IMG/VR virus record: IMGVR_UViG_3300025767_001103
Location: 21,751 to 85,750 of that record
Reading direction: 5' to 3' (one strand)
DNA: 64,000 nt
DNA from: a virus
Both the position numbers and the translations under genes were made by a program. Shown in pieces: positions 21,989 to 32,116 of this stretch. The notes beneath the pieces are model-generated. The model saw nothing but the letters and a program-made list of their open reading frames with translations. It was not told the DNA's origin and made no database searches. How positions within the stretch are numbered: the stretch's first letter is position 1; every line of letters begins with the position of its first letter.

Positions 21989-22027
21989 GTATTATATGCT
22001 AGTATAATGCTCCAGGAAGGAAATCTA

Positions 22028-22762
22028 TTGAAACATTTAACAGACGTGTTTAACACAGATATTTTTAAAGGAAGTCAGTCTTTTAATGATGCGACTCCAA
22101 TTCCAATGGGTGTGGTAGATAATTTTTTACCAGAAGATATTGCATTGGAAATGTATTCGGAAAGTCAATCCATAGATGATTCTCATTGGAAAACATTTAC
22201 ACGCAACGGTAGTCATATGATGGAGACTAACAAAATGGAGCTAGCTCCAGTTGCGTTTAACACACTCAATTATTTTCATAGCTCGTCTTTTTTAAAACTA
22301 TTATCAGCATATACTGGTATAGCAAGTTTAATACCAGACCCTCATTTAGTTGGCGCAGGTTATAGTAAAAGTTTTAATGGCGATATATTAAATGTACATA
22401 CAGACTTTAATTGGAATGAACAATTACAATTACACCGAGCGCTAACTCTTACTATGTACATAACACCAGGATGGCAACCTAATTGGGGCGGCGCATTAGA
22501 TTTTTATGATTCTAAAAAAGAGAATGTTATAACAACAGTAGATACATTATTCAATAGATGCCTTATTTGGAAATATAATAGATTTGGCTACCACGGATAT
22601 ACAACTCCAGTTCAGTGTCCTCAAGACAAAAATCGATCAACCTTTAGATTATTTTATTACACTAGTAATAGTACACACTTGCCAGAAGACCCTCCTCATA
22701 GAAGTCTATACTGGGTAGATGAAATAACAAATCTTCCTTATGATAAGAGAACACAAGAATGA
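22028..22762 (+). CDS. 2OG-Fe(II) oxygenase (prolyl-4-hydroxylase-like)
   Basis: VVDNFL, PDPHLVGAG, HTD, WGGALDF, YHG and R.T motifs. TTG 22028 follows AGGAAGG; ATG 22007 is the alternative start. Confidence 0.85.
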   Translation: MKHLTDVFNTDIFKGSQSFNDATPIPMGVVDNFLPEDIALEMYSESQSIDDSHWKTFTRNGSHMMETNKMELAPVAFNTLNYFHSSSFLKLLSAYTGIASLIPDPHLVGAGYSKSFNGDILNVHTDFNWNEQLQLHRALTLTMYITPGWQPNWGGALDFYDSKKENVITTVDTLFNRCLIWKYNRFGYHGYTTPVQCPQDKNRSTFRLFYYTSNSTHLPEDPPHRSLYWVDEITNLPYDKRTQE

Positions 22763-23937
22763 AAATTTACACTAAAACTGGAAATGTACACGGATATTTT
22801 GATTTTAAATTGTTTTCTAAAATATCTGAAAATCAAACATACGATTTAGGATCGATATTTTGGCACGATCAACATGATTTTACTAGAAGCGGAGTAGCTT
22901 TTAGTGATTGTCTTTATGACTCAGCTTGGAGCCATTTAAGTAATGACCGTACTTCTAAAATTTTATTATTTTATGGTGACGAATATTACAATCTGTTAGA
23001 TTTAAGACTTTGGGCAGAAACAATTAAAAACCGTAACATACATCCTGCCCAACTTTATATTGTATGTATTGACGAAAATTGGGCAGCATGGACAGCCACT
23101 GAATGTGCTAAATTAGGAATAGATGGAGTAAATGTTCAACACTTAAACTTATTAATGGAACGAGTTATAAATCAATCACCTAAGCCATTAACACATAAAT
23201 TTAGTGCATTTAGTAGGAATTATCTTGACTTTAGATTAAAGTTTTTTATTGAGCTGTTTAATAAAAATTTATTAAGAGAGTTTAATTATACCTTTAATAA
23301 TATTATGCCTTACGCCAATCCGCCAATCGTATATCCAACTAATACAATTAAACAGCATGCTGAAAAATTTGGTTATACAATCGATACTCGCTTAAAAAAG
23401 TGGATCGACAAAATACCTTATACACTAGAAGGTGATAACGTTAAAGATAAATTATCATTTGACATATATGATAAAATCTTGCAATCGGGTGTTAATGTTG
23501 TAATAGAATCTCATTTTGATCCTTTTTGGAATTTTAAAGGGCACAATCACGAAGATTTTAGACAATTTAGTCCTGCGTTTCCAACAGAAAAAACTTATAA
23601 AGCTATAGGATGCAGTAGACCGTTTATAGTAGTTTCTACTCCAGAGTTCTTAAAAGAATTTAGACAGATGGGATACAAAACATTTTCTCCTTACATTGAT
23701 GAAACTTATGATACTATCGTGAATGATAACGACCGTATGCATGCAATTGTTAACGAAGTTAATCGTATAGCAAAATTGCCACCTGATGAATATAATCTAT
23801 TAATAGCAGAATGTGAAAAAATTGCTAATTATAATCTTTTGGTTATGCAAAAAGCAAAAGATAATGTTGAACTTACTAACAATTTTGATTGGGTTAATCA
23901 GCTTGTTAATAAAAAGTTTCCGATGTATCAGAAATGA
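22759..23937 (+). CDS. Putative glycosyltransferase (GT10/GT-B-like C-terminus), paralogue of 25644
   Basis: VVIES...TEKTYKAI...PFIV...GYKTFSPYIDETYD resembles the EK nucleotide-sugar-binding motif of GT10-like enzymes. Confidence 0.5.
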   Translation: MKIYTKTGNVHGYFDFKLFSKISENQTYDLGSIFWHDQHDFTRSGVAFSDCLYDSAWSHLSNDRTSKILLFYGDEYYNLLDLRLWAETIKNRNIHPAQLYIVCIDENWAAWTATECAKLGIDGVNVQHLNLLMERVINQSPKPLTHKFSAFSRNYLDFRLKFFIELFNKNLLREFNYTFNNIMPYANPPIVYPTNTIKQHAEKFGYTIDTRLKKWIDKIPYTLEGDNVKDKLSFDIYDKILQSGVNVVIESHFDPFWNFKGHNHEDFRQFSPAFPTEKTYKAIGCSRPFIVVSTPEFLKEFRQMGYKTFSPYIDETYDTIVNDNDRMHAIVNEVNRIAKLPPDEYNLLIAECEKIANYNLLVMQKAKDNVELTNNFDWVNQLVNKKFPMYQK

Positions 23938-24623
23938 AAAAAAATAAATTTAAAAAAAAGTTAATTGTGCTAGGATGTAGTATTACTCATCACGCCCCCG
24001 GCTGGGCAGCCTGTCTTTCAAAAATTATAGATATGCCATTATTAAATCTTGCTGAAAGTTCTGGATCTAACGCTTTGCAACGATATCGCCTTCAAGAAAA
24101 TTTATTTAATAACAGAATTACCAGCGATGATATAATTATATGGCAAATAACTGGATTAACTAGACGTTATAAGAGAATGGAAGACAATGATAACTCTCGA
24201 GATATACTAATAAACGACAATTCATTAGAAACTCAATCAAGTATTATAACATCTAAAAATATTTTTGATAAACAACACCGCATAGATTTATTATCTCATT
24301 CACTCCATGTTCAAACCAATACAATGTTGGACATTGAACAAGAACTTGAAAATCTTTTATTTTATATTATTGCTGCTAAAAAAATAACACCTAACACGTT
24401 TGTGGTTTATGGATGGGACACTGTAATGCCTATACGTTATAAACAAATATTTTCTCAACAGTTAGCTAACCATGATATTAAAATATTTACACAATCCATC
24501 GTTAATTGGTGTAGTGAGAAAAAATTAGAGTTTCATCCAGATAATGTTCACCCAAAAAGCGAATCATATCAACAATATGTTAATGACTACATGCACCCTC
24601 AGCTAATGTCATTTTTAAAATAG
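23934..24623 (+). CDS. SGNH/GDSL-fold protein
   Basis: N-terminal VLGCSIT, NLAESSGSN, C-terminal DNVHP. Confidence 0.6.
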   Translation: MKKNKFKKKLIVLGCSITHHAPGWAACLSKIIDMPLLNLAESSGSNALQRYRLQENLFNNRITSDDIIIWQITGLTRRYKRMEDNDNSRDILINDNSLETQSSIITSKNIFDKQHRIDLLSHSLHVQTNTMLDIEQELENLLFYIIAAKKITPNTFVVYGWDTVMPIRYKQIFSQQLANHDIKIFTQSIVNWCSEKKLEFHPDNVHPKSESYQQYVNDYMHPQLMSFLK

Positions 24624-24641
24624 AATAATTAAGGAAAGAAC

Positions 24642-25643
24642 ATGCGTATTTTTATAACAGGCATAGCAGGATTTTTAGGAAGTCATCTAGCTGATCGCAT
24701 GATTGAATTAGGTCATGAAGTTTCAGGCAATGATACTCTTATCGGCGGCTATGAAGATAATGTAAATCACAAAGCTACTTTATACAAAGTAGATTGTTGT
24801 GATAGAGAGCGTATGGCTGACATAATGAAAGGCGTTGATATTGTTGTACATACTGCTGCAACTGCTCACGAAGGACTAAGTGTAGTAAGTCCAGATTTTA
24901 TTACTAAAAATATATTTCAAGCAACTGTTGCTACTGTTAGTGCAGCACTAGAAAATAAAGTAAAACGATTTGTGTATTGCACTAGTATGGCACGATACGG
25001 CGGACAAACAATACCATTTCATGAAGAACAAACTCCTGCGCCAGTTGATCCTTACGGCATTGCAAAAGTAGCAGGCGAACAAGTATTAATAACACTTAGC
25101 GAAGTGCATGGAATGGAGTGGAATATTGCTGTACCTCATAATATAGTTGGACCAAGACAACGGTACGATGATCCGTTCCGTAATGTTATGAGTATAATGA
25201 TTAATAGAAATTTACAAGGTAAGCCTTCTATTATATACGGTGATGGACAACAAACAAGATGTTTTAGTTATGTAGACGACTGTATACAGTGTCTCGAAAA
25301 ACTTACTCTAGATGAAAACATTGTAAATCAAATTGTAAACATAGGCCCAGATGAAGGTACTATTACAATTAAAGATTTAGCATCGCTGGTGGCTAATAAA
25401 ACAGGCTGCAACTTAGATCCTATACACGTAGATGATAGGCCTCAAGAAGTTAAGCATGCAATGTGTAGTGCAAACAAAGCAAGAAAACTTTTAAATTATG
25501 AAACAACAACTGATTTAGAAACAGCAGTTGAGCACACAATTAATTACATTAAAGCTCGCGGCACAAAACCTTTTGATTATACTTTTCCATTAGAAATTGT
25601 AAATTCTAGGACACCAAAAACATGGAAGGATAGGTTAATTTAA
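24642..25643 (+). CDS. NAD-dependent NDP-sugar epimerase/dehydratase (extended SDR)
   Basis: TGIAGFLG, YGIAK (YxxxK), NIVGPRQ and GDGQQTRCFSYVDD. Confidence 0.92.
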   Translation: MRIFITGIAGFLGSHLADRMIELGHEVSGNDTLIGGYEDNVNHKATLYKVDCCDRERMADIMKGVDIVVHTAATAHEGLSVVSPDFITKNIFQATVATVSAALENKVKRFVYCTSMARYGGQTIPFHEEQTPAPVDPYGIAKVAGEQVLITLSEVHGMEWNIAVPHNIVGPRQRYDDPFRNVMSIMINRNLQGKPSIIYGDGQQTRCFSYVDDCIQCLEKLTLDENIVNQIVNIGPDEGTITIKDLASLVANKTGCNLDPIHVDDRPQEVKHAMCSANKARKLLNYETTTDLETAVEHTINYIKARGTKPFDYTFPLEIVNSRTPKTWKDRLI

Positions 25644-26957
25644 ATGAGATTTGTATTTGAATCTATGAGACTTGGTGAATTTAAAAATTTAATTAAGTGT
25701 CCCGACAAAAACCCGTCAGGCATTCGACGATTTACTCCTAGTCCAGTAATTGCTGAATTAATGGTTGCCCAATCTTATGAACAAAATAGTAGACATATAC
25801 TTACTACTGAACGTGTTAAAGGGGAAATTTATATTATTGCAACTGGAGTTGCACATGCACCTTGGGACTGGTGCGGTCCTGACAGCACAGGACTAGGATT
25901 TAATGAAAGACATCCTAACAGACAAACGTTATTTGCTTATATAAATAAAAAATATTTAAAATCATTACGTAAAGGTATGGCTTATTTATTAATTGATCAG
26001 TCTCACGAAGGTTATCAAACTGATTGGCTATGGAGTTGGTTTCATAATAATTGTAAAACTTATGGTATTAATCCTAAACAAATTATATATGTTACTGGTA
26101 ATTTAGATTGTAAAGATCAATATGATGAATGGTCTAAGGAGTGTTTACCAGAAAATAAAATGTTAGTAGTACCATATCCTCATTTTGAATCTGTGATATC
26201 TAATATTTTAAACTCTGATCTTAAAAAGTATCCTAGTTTTGCCCAGCAAATAGAGTACAAGCAGTCCAACTTAGACTCTATAAAAACATATAGTGCCTTA
26301 CAAAAACGTGCTAGGCCTCATCGTGCTTGGTTTTTTAAACACTTATCGGATGCTAATTTATTAGAAGCTGGCATAAACAGTATGAATAAGTTTAAAATGG
26401 GCGAAGCTACTTATGAAGGTAAGATCATGTCAGACGAGGAATACAATAGCGTAATTCATAAGTTGCCAATGTTGCCGCCAGACACCGGAAAAAAAGGATT
26501 AAAGGGATTTGCAGATCAGGATTGCGGTCACTATCTAACAAAGTTTAATGATGAAATAATGTTAGATACATGGTTAACTGTTATTAGCGAAGCGTCATTT
26601 GGCGAAAGTGAACACGAATGTTTTCTTAGTGAAAAAACCTTTAAACCTATCGCATGTTACCATCCTTTTATAATAGCAGGAAATAGACTTTCACTCCATC
26701 GATTAAGAGAGTTAGGATATAAGACATTTAGTCCTTATATTGATGAAAGTTACGATATGCTAACCACATGGCCAAGAATGGCTGCAATTACTAAAGAAAT
26801 AGCTAGAATAAACAATATGTCGCCTGAGGATAAGTTAAACTGGTTTAACGGCGTGAAGCATATTTTAGATCATAATTACGAACTTCTAAAATCAAGATCA
26901 AGTAAAACTTCTTCGACATATTTAAAGGTTATAGAAGATCATATAACTAAGGAATAA
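25644..26957 (+). CDS. Putative glycosyltransferase (GT10/GT-B-like C-terminus), paralogue of 22759
   Basis: RPHR and VISEA...LSEKTFKPI...HPFII...GYKTFSPYIDESYD. Confidence 0.5.
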   Translation: MRFVFESMRLGEFKNLIKCPDKNPSGIRRFTPSPVIAELMVAQSYEQNSRHILTTERVKGEIYIIATGVAHAPWDWCGPDSTGLGFNERHPNRQTLFAYINKKYLKSLRKGMAYLLIDQSHEGYQTDWLWSWFHNNCKTYGINPKQIIYVTGNLDCKDQYDEWSKECLPENKMLVVPYPHFESVISNILNSDLKKYPSFAQQIEYKQSNLDSIKTYSALQKRARPHRAWFFKHLSDANLLEAGINSMNKFKMGEATYEGKIMSDEEYNSVIHKLPMLPPDTGKKGLKGFADQDCGHYLTKFNDEIMLDTWLTVISEASFGESEHECFLSEKTFKPIACYHPFIIAGNRLSLHRLRELGYKTFSPYIDESYDMLTTWPRMAAITKEIARINNMSPEDKLNWFNGVKHILDHNYELLKSRSSKTSSTYLKVIEDHITKE

Positions 26958-26959
26958 AA

Positions 26960-27991
26960 ATGTATAAAGAGCAAGTAAGCAAAATAACAAAAGATTTAAA
27001 AAGAACTAAAAAAGCAATTATTGCAATTGGGTGTTCGTTTGTACAAGGTCAAGGAGCAGTCGATGACGAATTATATCAAGACTACACTTGGGAATATCAT
27101 GAAGGACGTCCGCTTACAATAGATCTTACTTACAAACAACGCAAACGACTGTTAAAAGGTTATTCTAATCTTAAATTAAATGGATTGACAGCAGCAGCTA
27201 GTAACATAGATTTTACTATGATGGAGTATGATAATGCATTTGTTAATGTATTGTGTAACAAATATTTTAATAAGTCGTACACTCCGATTAATTTAGGAAT
27301 CAGAGGTTGCGGCAATCGAGCTTCAATTAAAGAATTATATATGTACCCTGAAATTAGCTATGATGATTTACAAGAAATTATAGTTTTGTATGCTCCTAGT
27401 GGTCTTGAAAGATTTGATTTCATTAATGATCAAGCAGAAGACCATTTTAATTGGAAAGCGATGTGGCCACATTACGAACATATGGAAGAAGATAATTCTA
27501 GACTTCCTTTATGGAAAGGGTATGGTCAATTATTACATAGTGATAAATTTGAAGTATTAGAACAAATTGCACACGTACAAGAATTATTGACATGGTGCAA
27601 ATATAGGAACGCAAGATTAGTAATTACGCCAGGATTTGATAGAAGATACGACAAAGCATATTTTAACGAATGTTTGTCAACGCAAGTAGAACGAAAAAAC
27701 GAGATATTTGTAAAGTCTGATAAACCCATTTTTGGAAAAAGTAGAAGTGACAAATCTCATTTAATAGATTTGTTTCCGTGGTCCAGCATGTTTAAGCCTG
27801 CAGGATTTGATACGTTTGCAGACTTGGTAATTTCTAAAGAAGATAAATTAGAAGATAAACTAGATCATTATGGACAGTTTTTAGGCAAAGGATCGCCAGA
27901 CAAATGGATAACACCTTGTTCTCATCCTAGTCAGAAAGGACACGATTTATTTGCAAGTTGCTTATATACACATATAGCTGGAAAAACTTAA
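26960..27991 (+). CDS. SGNH/GDSL-fold protein
   Basis: IAIGCSFVQG, INLGIRGCGN and C-terminal SHPSQKGH. Confidence 0.6.
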   Translation: MYKEQVSKITKDLKRTKKAIIAIGCSFVQGQGAVDDELYQDYTWEYHEGRPLTIDLTYKQRKRLLKGYSNLKLNGLTAAASNIDFTMMEYDNAFVNVLCNKYFNKSYTPINLGIRGCGNRASIKELYMYPEISYDDLQEIIVLYAPSGLERFDFINDQAEDHFNWKAMWPHYEHMEEDNSRLPLWKGYGQLLHSDKFEVLEQIAHVQELLTWCKYRNARLVITPGFDRRYDKAYFNECLSTQVERKNEIFVKSDKPIFGKSRSDKSHLIDLFPWSSMFKPAGFDTFADLVISKEDKLEDKLDHYGQFLGKGSPDKWITPCSHPSQKGHDLFASCLYTHIAGKT

Positions 27992-27994
27992 AAA

Positions 27995-28921
27995 ATGAAA
28001 AAGAGAAAAAATAAAATGAAAAATGCAGGTTGGGGATCACCTGCCACTGATACTATTTCTATGGATGCTAGTCTAATTGAAAATGAATTACCAGTACGAA
28101 AATTTTCTGACGGTCAATTCAATGGGCCCGACGGCCCTGGAATTGTTCCTTTTCCTGGATATCTTAATAATCCTAAGTTTCCATTCGGATCAGTTTTTCC
28201 CAAAGTAGCCGGCGTATACAGTTGGATGCAAGGAGATAGCGAAGAAAATTTTGTAAAACATAAGCGTACACAGCCAGCTACGTGGAAATATTTAACTAAA
28301 CCGATTACTTACACAATTAACAGCCACGGATACAGAGCGCCTGAATGGAAAGACATTGATTGGAAAAACTCTGTGGTATTGTTTGGCGATTCTTGTACGT
28401 ACGGTATTGGAGTGTCCGATGAGGAAACTATTGGATTCCAGTTAGCGCAATTATTAGGTAGACCGGTGATTAATTTAGGAGTAGGTGGTGGCTCAAATAC
28501 TTTAATGATACACAACGCTACTCATTTGCTAGAATATTTTCCAACTCCGTACGCAGTAGCAAATATTTGGAGCACAACTAATAGATTTAGATTTTTTACA
28601 GAATTTCATACGTATGATGCAGGAGCATGGGACCGAAACGCTGTTAAAGTAAGTGAACACACAGATGTTAGTAAGTTATGGAAACTTACGTTTGCAGATC
28701 CTACGCACGAGTTAGGACTTGCGTTCTATGAAGGAAAAATAGCAAAAGCTATATGGCAAGATAGAACAAAATATGCTAGTTTATCATTTTTTGGAGACTC
28801 TGCACATTATACTAGATCTGATCAATATTTTGTAATAGATAACAAGGCCAGGGACTTAGTACATCCTGGAGAAGAAAGTTGTAGAAAAGTGGCACAATTT
28901 TTATATGGAAAATTTAAATGA
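27995..28921 (+). CDS. SGNH/GDSL-fold protein
   Basis: INSHGYR, LFGDSCTYGIG, INLGVGGGS and DLVHPG; exact start uncertain. Confidence 0.7.
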   Translation: MKKRKNKMKNAGWGSPATDTISMDASLIENELPVRKFSDGQFNGPDGPGIVPFPGYLNNPKFPFGSVFPKVAGVYSWMQGDSEENFVKHKRTQPATWKYLTKPITYTINSHGYRAPEWKDIDWKNSVVLFGDSCTYGIGVSDEETIGFQLAQLLGRPVINLGVGGGSNTLMIHNATHLLEYFPTPYAVANIWSTTNRFRFFTEFHTYDAGAWDRNAVKVSEHTDVSKLWKLTFADPTHELGLAFYEGKIAKAIWQDRTKYASLSFFGDSAHYTRSDQYFVIDNKARDLVHPGEESCRKVAQFLYGKFK

Positions 28922-30435
28922 GTGATTATAATAAATCAGCAGATATAGCAGAAGCACAATTAAAGCGTATTTCGCCAAGCATGTGTTATGCTAAGTGGGC
29001 ACAAATGTCTATGCATTTAACCAACGGCACCACGCATAGTTGTTATCATCCCCCGCTACATAAAATTGATGTTACGGAAATATTAGACAATCCAAGTGCG
29101 TTACATAATACTAAGCAAAAAAAACAAGAACGCAAAGAAATGCTAGCAGGCAAGAGGCCCGATGGATGTTCATATTGCTGGAAGATTGAAGACCAAGGCG
29201 ACCGAAGTGACAGAATTTATCGTAGCGGCGAACAATGGGCTCAAAATGCTAAAACTGATATAATCGAATCATTAGATACCGGCGATGTTATACCGCGTTA
29301 TGTAGAAGTAAATTTTAATCAAGCATGTAATTTAAAATGTTCGTATTGCAGTCCGCACCTAAGTACTACATGGGAAGAAGAAGTAAACAAGTTTGGCCCG
29401 TACAATGTTGTAGATGATAAAGGTGAAGAAGTTGAACATAATAATATCGAGTATCTAACAACTGAAGGATTAATGCCGCTGAAAAGCAAGCAAGCAGATA
29501 ATCCGTATGTAACAGCATTTTGGAAATGGTGGCCAGACTTATACAAGAAGCTTGAAGTATTTCGTATTACAGGCGGCGAACCTCTAATGGATGTTAATAC
29601 TTTTAAAGTACTTGACTATATCTATGAAAATCCTAACGCATGGCTAGAAGTTAGTGTAACTAGTAATTTTTGTCCCCCTAAGCCCGAGCTAATGACTAAG
29701 TTTATCGACAAGTTAAAGAGATTAGAAGAAATACAAATTTGGAAGGACGACGATCGATTTAATCCTGGTTCAGGTAACAACTGGTATGTTAATATGGCAT
29801 TAAAGAATGTTGCTGTATTTGTTAGTGTTGATTCTGTAGACGAACAAGCCGAGTACATTAGAACAGGACTTGACTATAGTGTTATGAAAAAAAATGTAGA
29901 TACCTTTTTAACAGAAACTAATAACACAACAATGACGTTTATTAATACATTTAATGCTCTAAGTATTCCTAAGTTTAAAAACTTTTTAGAATACATACTT
30001 AAATTAAGAACACAGTACAGCAAAGATAATCAAGGAACAAAGTATATTCCCATACATGATCCTTATAGTACACACAACGATTATGAAATACATCCACGCC
30101 AGCGCATTTGGTTCGATATCCCAATACTGAGAAATCCTGCCTGGCAAGCAATACATATTTTGCCAAAAGAGTTTGATCATTATCTAGAAGAGGCAATTGC
30201 ATTTATGAAAGCAAATGCAAATACTGATAACTTTGTAGGATTTTATGACTTTGAAATTGAAAAAGCAGAACGTAATTTGGCAGCATTAAAAGCAAGAAAT
30301 TTAAGTAGTCCGGAAGCACTCGAAAGAAATCGTCGCAACTTAGTTAAGTATTTTGATCAACACGATGCTCGCCGAGGCACAAATTTTTGTAAAACCTTTC
30401 CTGAGTTTGCCGAACTGTATAATCAATACTCTTGA
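28918..30435 (+). CDS. Radical SAM protein with N-terminal twitch domain, paralogue of 20568
   Basis: CNLKCSYC and TGGEP; CYAKW...SCYHP...GCSYCW; shared NPYV.A.W.WWP. Confidence 0.9.
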   Translation: MSDYNKSADIAEAQLKRISPSMCYAKWAQMSMHLTNGTTHSCYHPPLHKIDVTEILDNPSALHNTKQKKQERKEMLAGKRPDGCSYCWKIEDQGDRSDRIYRSGEQWAQNAKTDIIESLDTGDVIPRYVEVNFNQACNLKCSYCSPHLSTTWEEEVNKFGPYNVVDDKGEEVEHNNIEYLTTEGLMPLKSKQADNPYVTAFWKWWPDLYKKLEVFRITGGEPLMDVNTFKVLDYIYENPNAWLEVSVTSNFCPPKPELMTKFIDKLKRLEEIQIWKDDDRFNPGSGNNWYVNMALKNVAVFVSVDSVDEQAEYIRTGLDYSVMKKNVDTFLTETNNTTMTFINTFNALSIPKFKNFLEYILKLRTQYSKDNQGTKYIPIHDPYSTHNDYEIHPRQRIWFDIPILRNPAWQAIHILPKEFDHYLEEAIAFMKANANTDNFVGFYDFEIEKAERNLAALKARNLSSPEALERNRRNLVKYFDQHDARRGTNFCKTFPEFAELYNQYS

Positions 30436-30460
30436 CATATACAATAATGAATGTTATAAT
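30432..30460 (+). promoter_or_regulatory. Consensus sigma70 promoter with extended -10, probably leaderless
   Basis: TTGACA (30432-30437), 17 nt, TATAAT (30455-30460) preceded by TGn; ATG 30466 only 5 nt downstream, no SD. Confidence 0.88.
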
Positions 30461-30465
30461 AAACT

Positions 30466-31140
30466 ATGTATGATATTGTATTCATAAGTTATCAAGAACT
30501 CAGTGCAGACGAAAACTACGCAGCTCTGAAGGCTAGATTTCCTATGGCCAAACGAGTACATGGCATTAAAGGAATACATCAAGCACACATTAAAGCTGCA
30601 AAGAAATGCTTTACTAAAATGTGTTGGATTGTAGATGCCGATGCAATAATACTGAACGACTTTAACTTTGATTATGTTGTTCCTGAACATCAATTAGATC
30701 ATGTACACGTATGGCGTAGCCAAAATCCTATCAATGAGTTGGTGTACGGTTACGGAGGAGTAAAATTATTTCCTCGTAAACTAACAATAGACATGGATTT
30801 AACAAAACCAGACATGACTACAAGTATTAGTCCACATTTTATTGCGGTAGAACAAGTTGCAAACATCACAGCTTTTAATACTGATCCGTTTAACACTTGG
30901 AAAAGTGCATTTAGAGAATGTGCAAAGTTGAGTAGTAAAATAATCGATAGGCAAAATAATGAAGAAACAGAACAAAGACTTGATACTTGGTGTACAAAAG
31001 GCATTGAGAGACGCTATGGCGATTACGCTATTGCTGGCGCTAATGCTGGTAGGGAGTTTGGGATTTCTAATAGGAGCGATATTAGCCTTATAAACAATTT
31101 TGAGTGGTTACATGAACAATTTTCAAAACATACCGTTTGA
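30466..31140 (+). CDS. GT2-like glycosyltransferase, paralogue of 19648
   Basis: FISYQE...ENY, IVDADA (DxD), YGYGGVK and TWKSAFREC. Confidence 0.65.
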   Translation: MYDIVFISYQELSADENYAALKARFPMAKRVHGIKGIHQAHIKAAKKCFTKMCWIVDADAIILNDFNFDYVVPEHQLDHVHVWRSQNPINELVYGYGGVKLFPRKLTIDMDLTKPDMTTSISPHFIAVEQVANITAFNTDPFNTWKSAFRECAKLSSKIIDRQNNEETEQRLDTWCTKGIERRYGDYAIAGANAGREFGISNRSDISLINNFEWLHEQFSKHTV

Positions 31141-32116
31141 CGACATAACAAGTTTTGGTCAAAAGACTCTACTAAACACAAATTTGTTCACAGTTAGCTG
31201 GATCCTTGCAAGGTTTTGCAATTACAATTGCAGCTATTGCTGGCCCTATGCTCGAAGTAGCACGCCTGACCACCAAGACTTAGAAATATATACAAATTCC
31301 ATTGACGAAATAAAACGTCAAGCAAGAGAAAATGGGTTTACCGACTTTCACTTTAGCTTTAGTGGCGGCGAACCTACTGCATATAAATACTTTGGGAAGG
31401 TCATAGACCATTATTGCAGTGATGCAACTCCTGAGTACCAGAGTATCCACATGACGACCAATCTAAGCCCAGGAAGCAAATGGTGGAACAACTGGTTAGA
31501 AGCTACGAGCAGTCTGCAACGTAGGAGTATTACTGCAAGCTATCACGCAGAGTTTGCAAACGAACAAGAATTTGGAGATAAATGTCTCCAACTTATGAAA
31601 GCAGGTGTGTATGTTACAATCAACCAAGTTATGGTTCCTGAAATGTTTCAAGAGCTTTACGAACGCTTACAACGATTTGCCGCCCGAGGTATTAATGTTA
31701 CTGTCAAGCCACAGTCCGACCCTACAGCCTCTCATGTTGTATCCGGATATACAGATGTACAACTTAACAAACTGCAAACTGGATTCCCTCAAAGAATCCC
31801 AGACGAATTTAAAAAAATAATACCGTTGTTACAGGTAGAATTACAAGACAAAGACGGTAACATCTATTATATAGACCAAGCAGAACGCTTTAATTCCTTT
31901 GGATTTAACAAGTTCAAAGGATGGCATTGCAACGCAGGATACCAAGGATGCGTCATTAGAGAGAATGAAGTTAAGCGCAGCTACAGTTGCCATGATGAAC
32001 CCTTAGGCACGTTAGACGGCGGCTTTGAGCTGTTTAAAGCACCTTCTAAGTGTATTACACCTACTTGTGTAAGTAGCGCAGATAGTAAATTACCAAAGGT
32101 AAAGTATGAAAGTTGA
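31112..32116 (+). CDS. Radical SAM protein with C-terminal twitch-like Cys motif
   Basis: CNYNCSYC, SGGEPT; C-terminal GWHCNAG...SC...C...C; start moved to ATG 31112. Confidence 0.88.
   Translation: MNNFQNIPFDDITSFGQKTLLNTNLFTVSWILARFCNYNCSYCWPYARSSTPDHQDLEIYTNSIDEIKRQARENGFTDFHFSFSGGEPTAYKYFGKVIDHYCSDATPEYQSIHMTTNLSPGSKWWNNWLEATSSLQRRSITASYHAEFANEQEFGDKCLQLMKAGVYVTINQVMVPEMFQELYERLQRFAARGINVTVKPQSDPTASHVVSGYTDVQLNKLQTGFPQRIPDEFKKIIPLLQVELQDKDGNIYYIDQAERFNSFGFNKFKGWHCNAGYQGCVIRENEVKRSYSCHDEPLGTLDGGFELFKAPSKCITPTCVSSADSKLPKVKYES

Noticed and set aside
21957-22011. Possible hairpins/terminator after the first radical SAM gene
   Set aside because: Stems are AT-rich and imperfect with no U-tract; not distinguishable from background.
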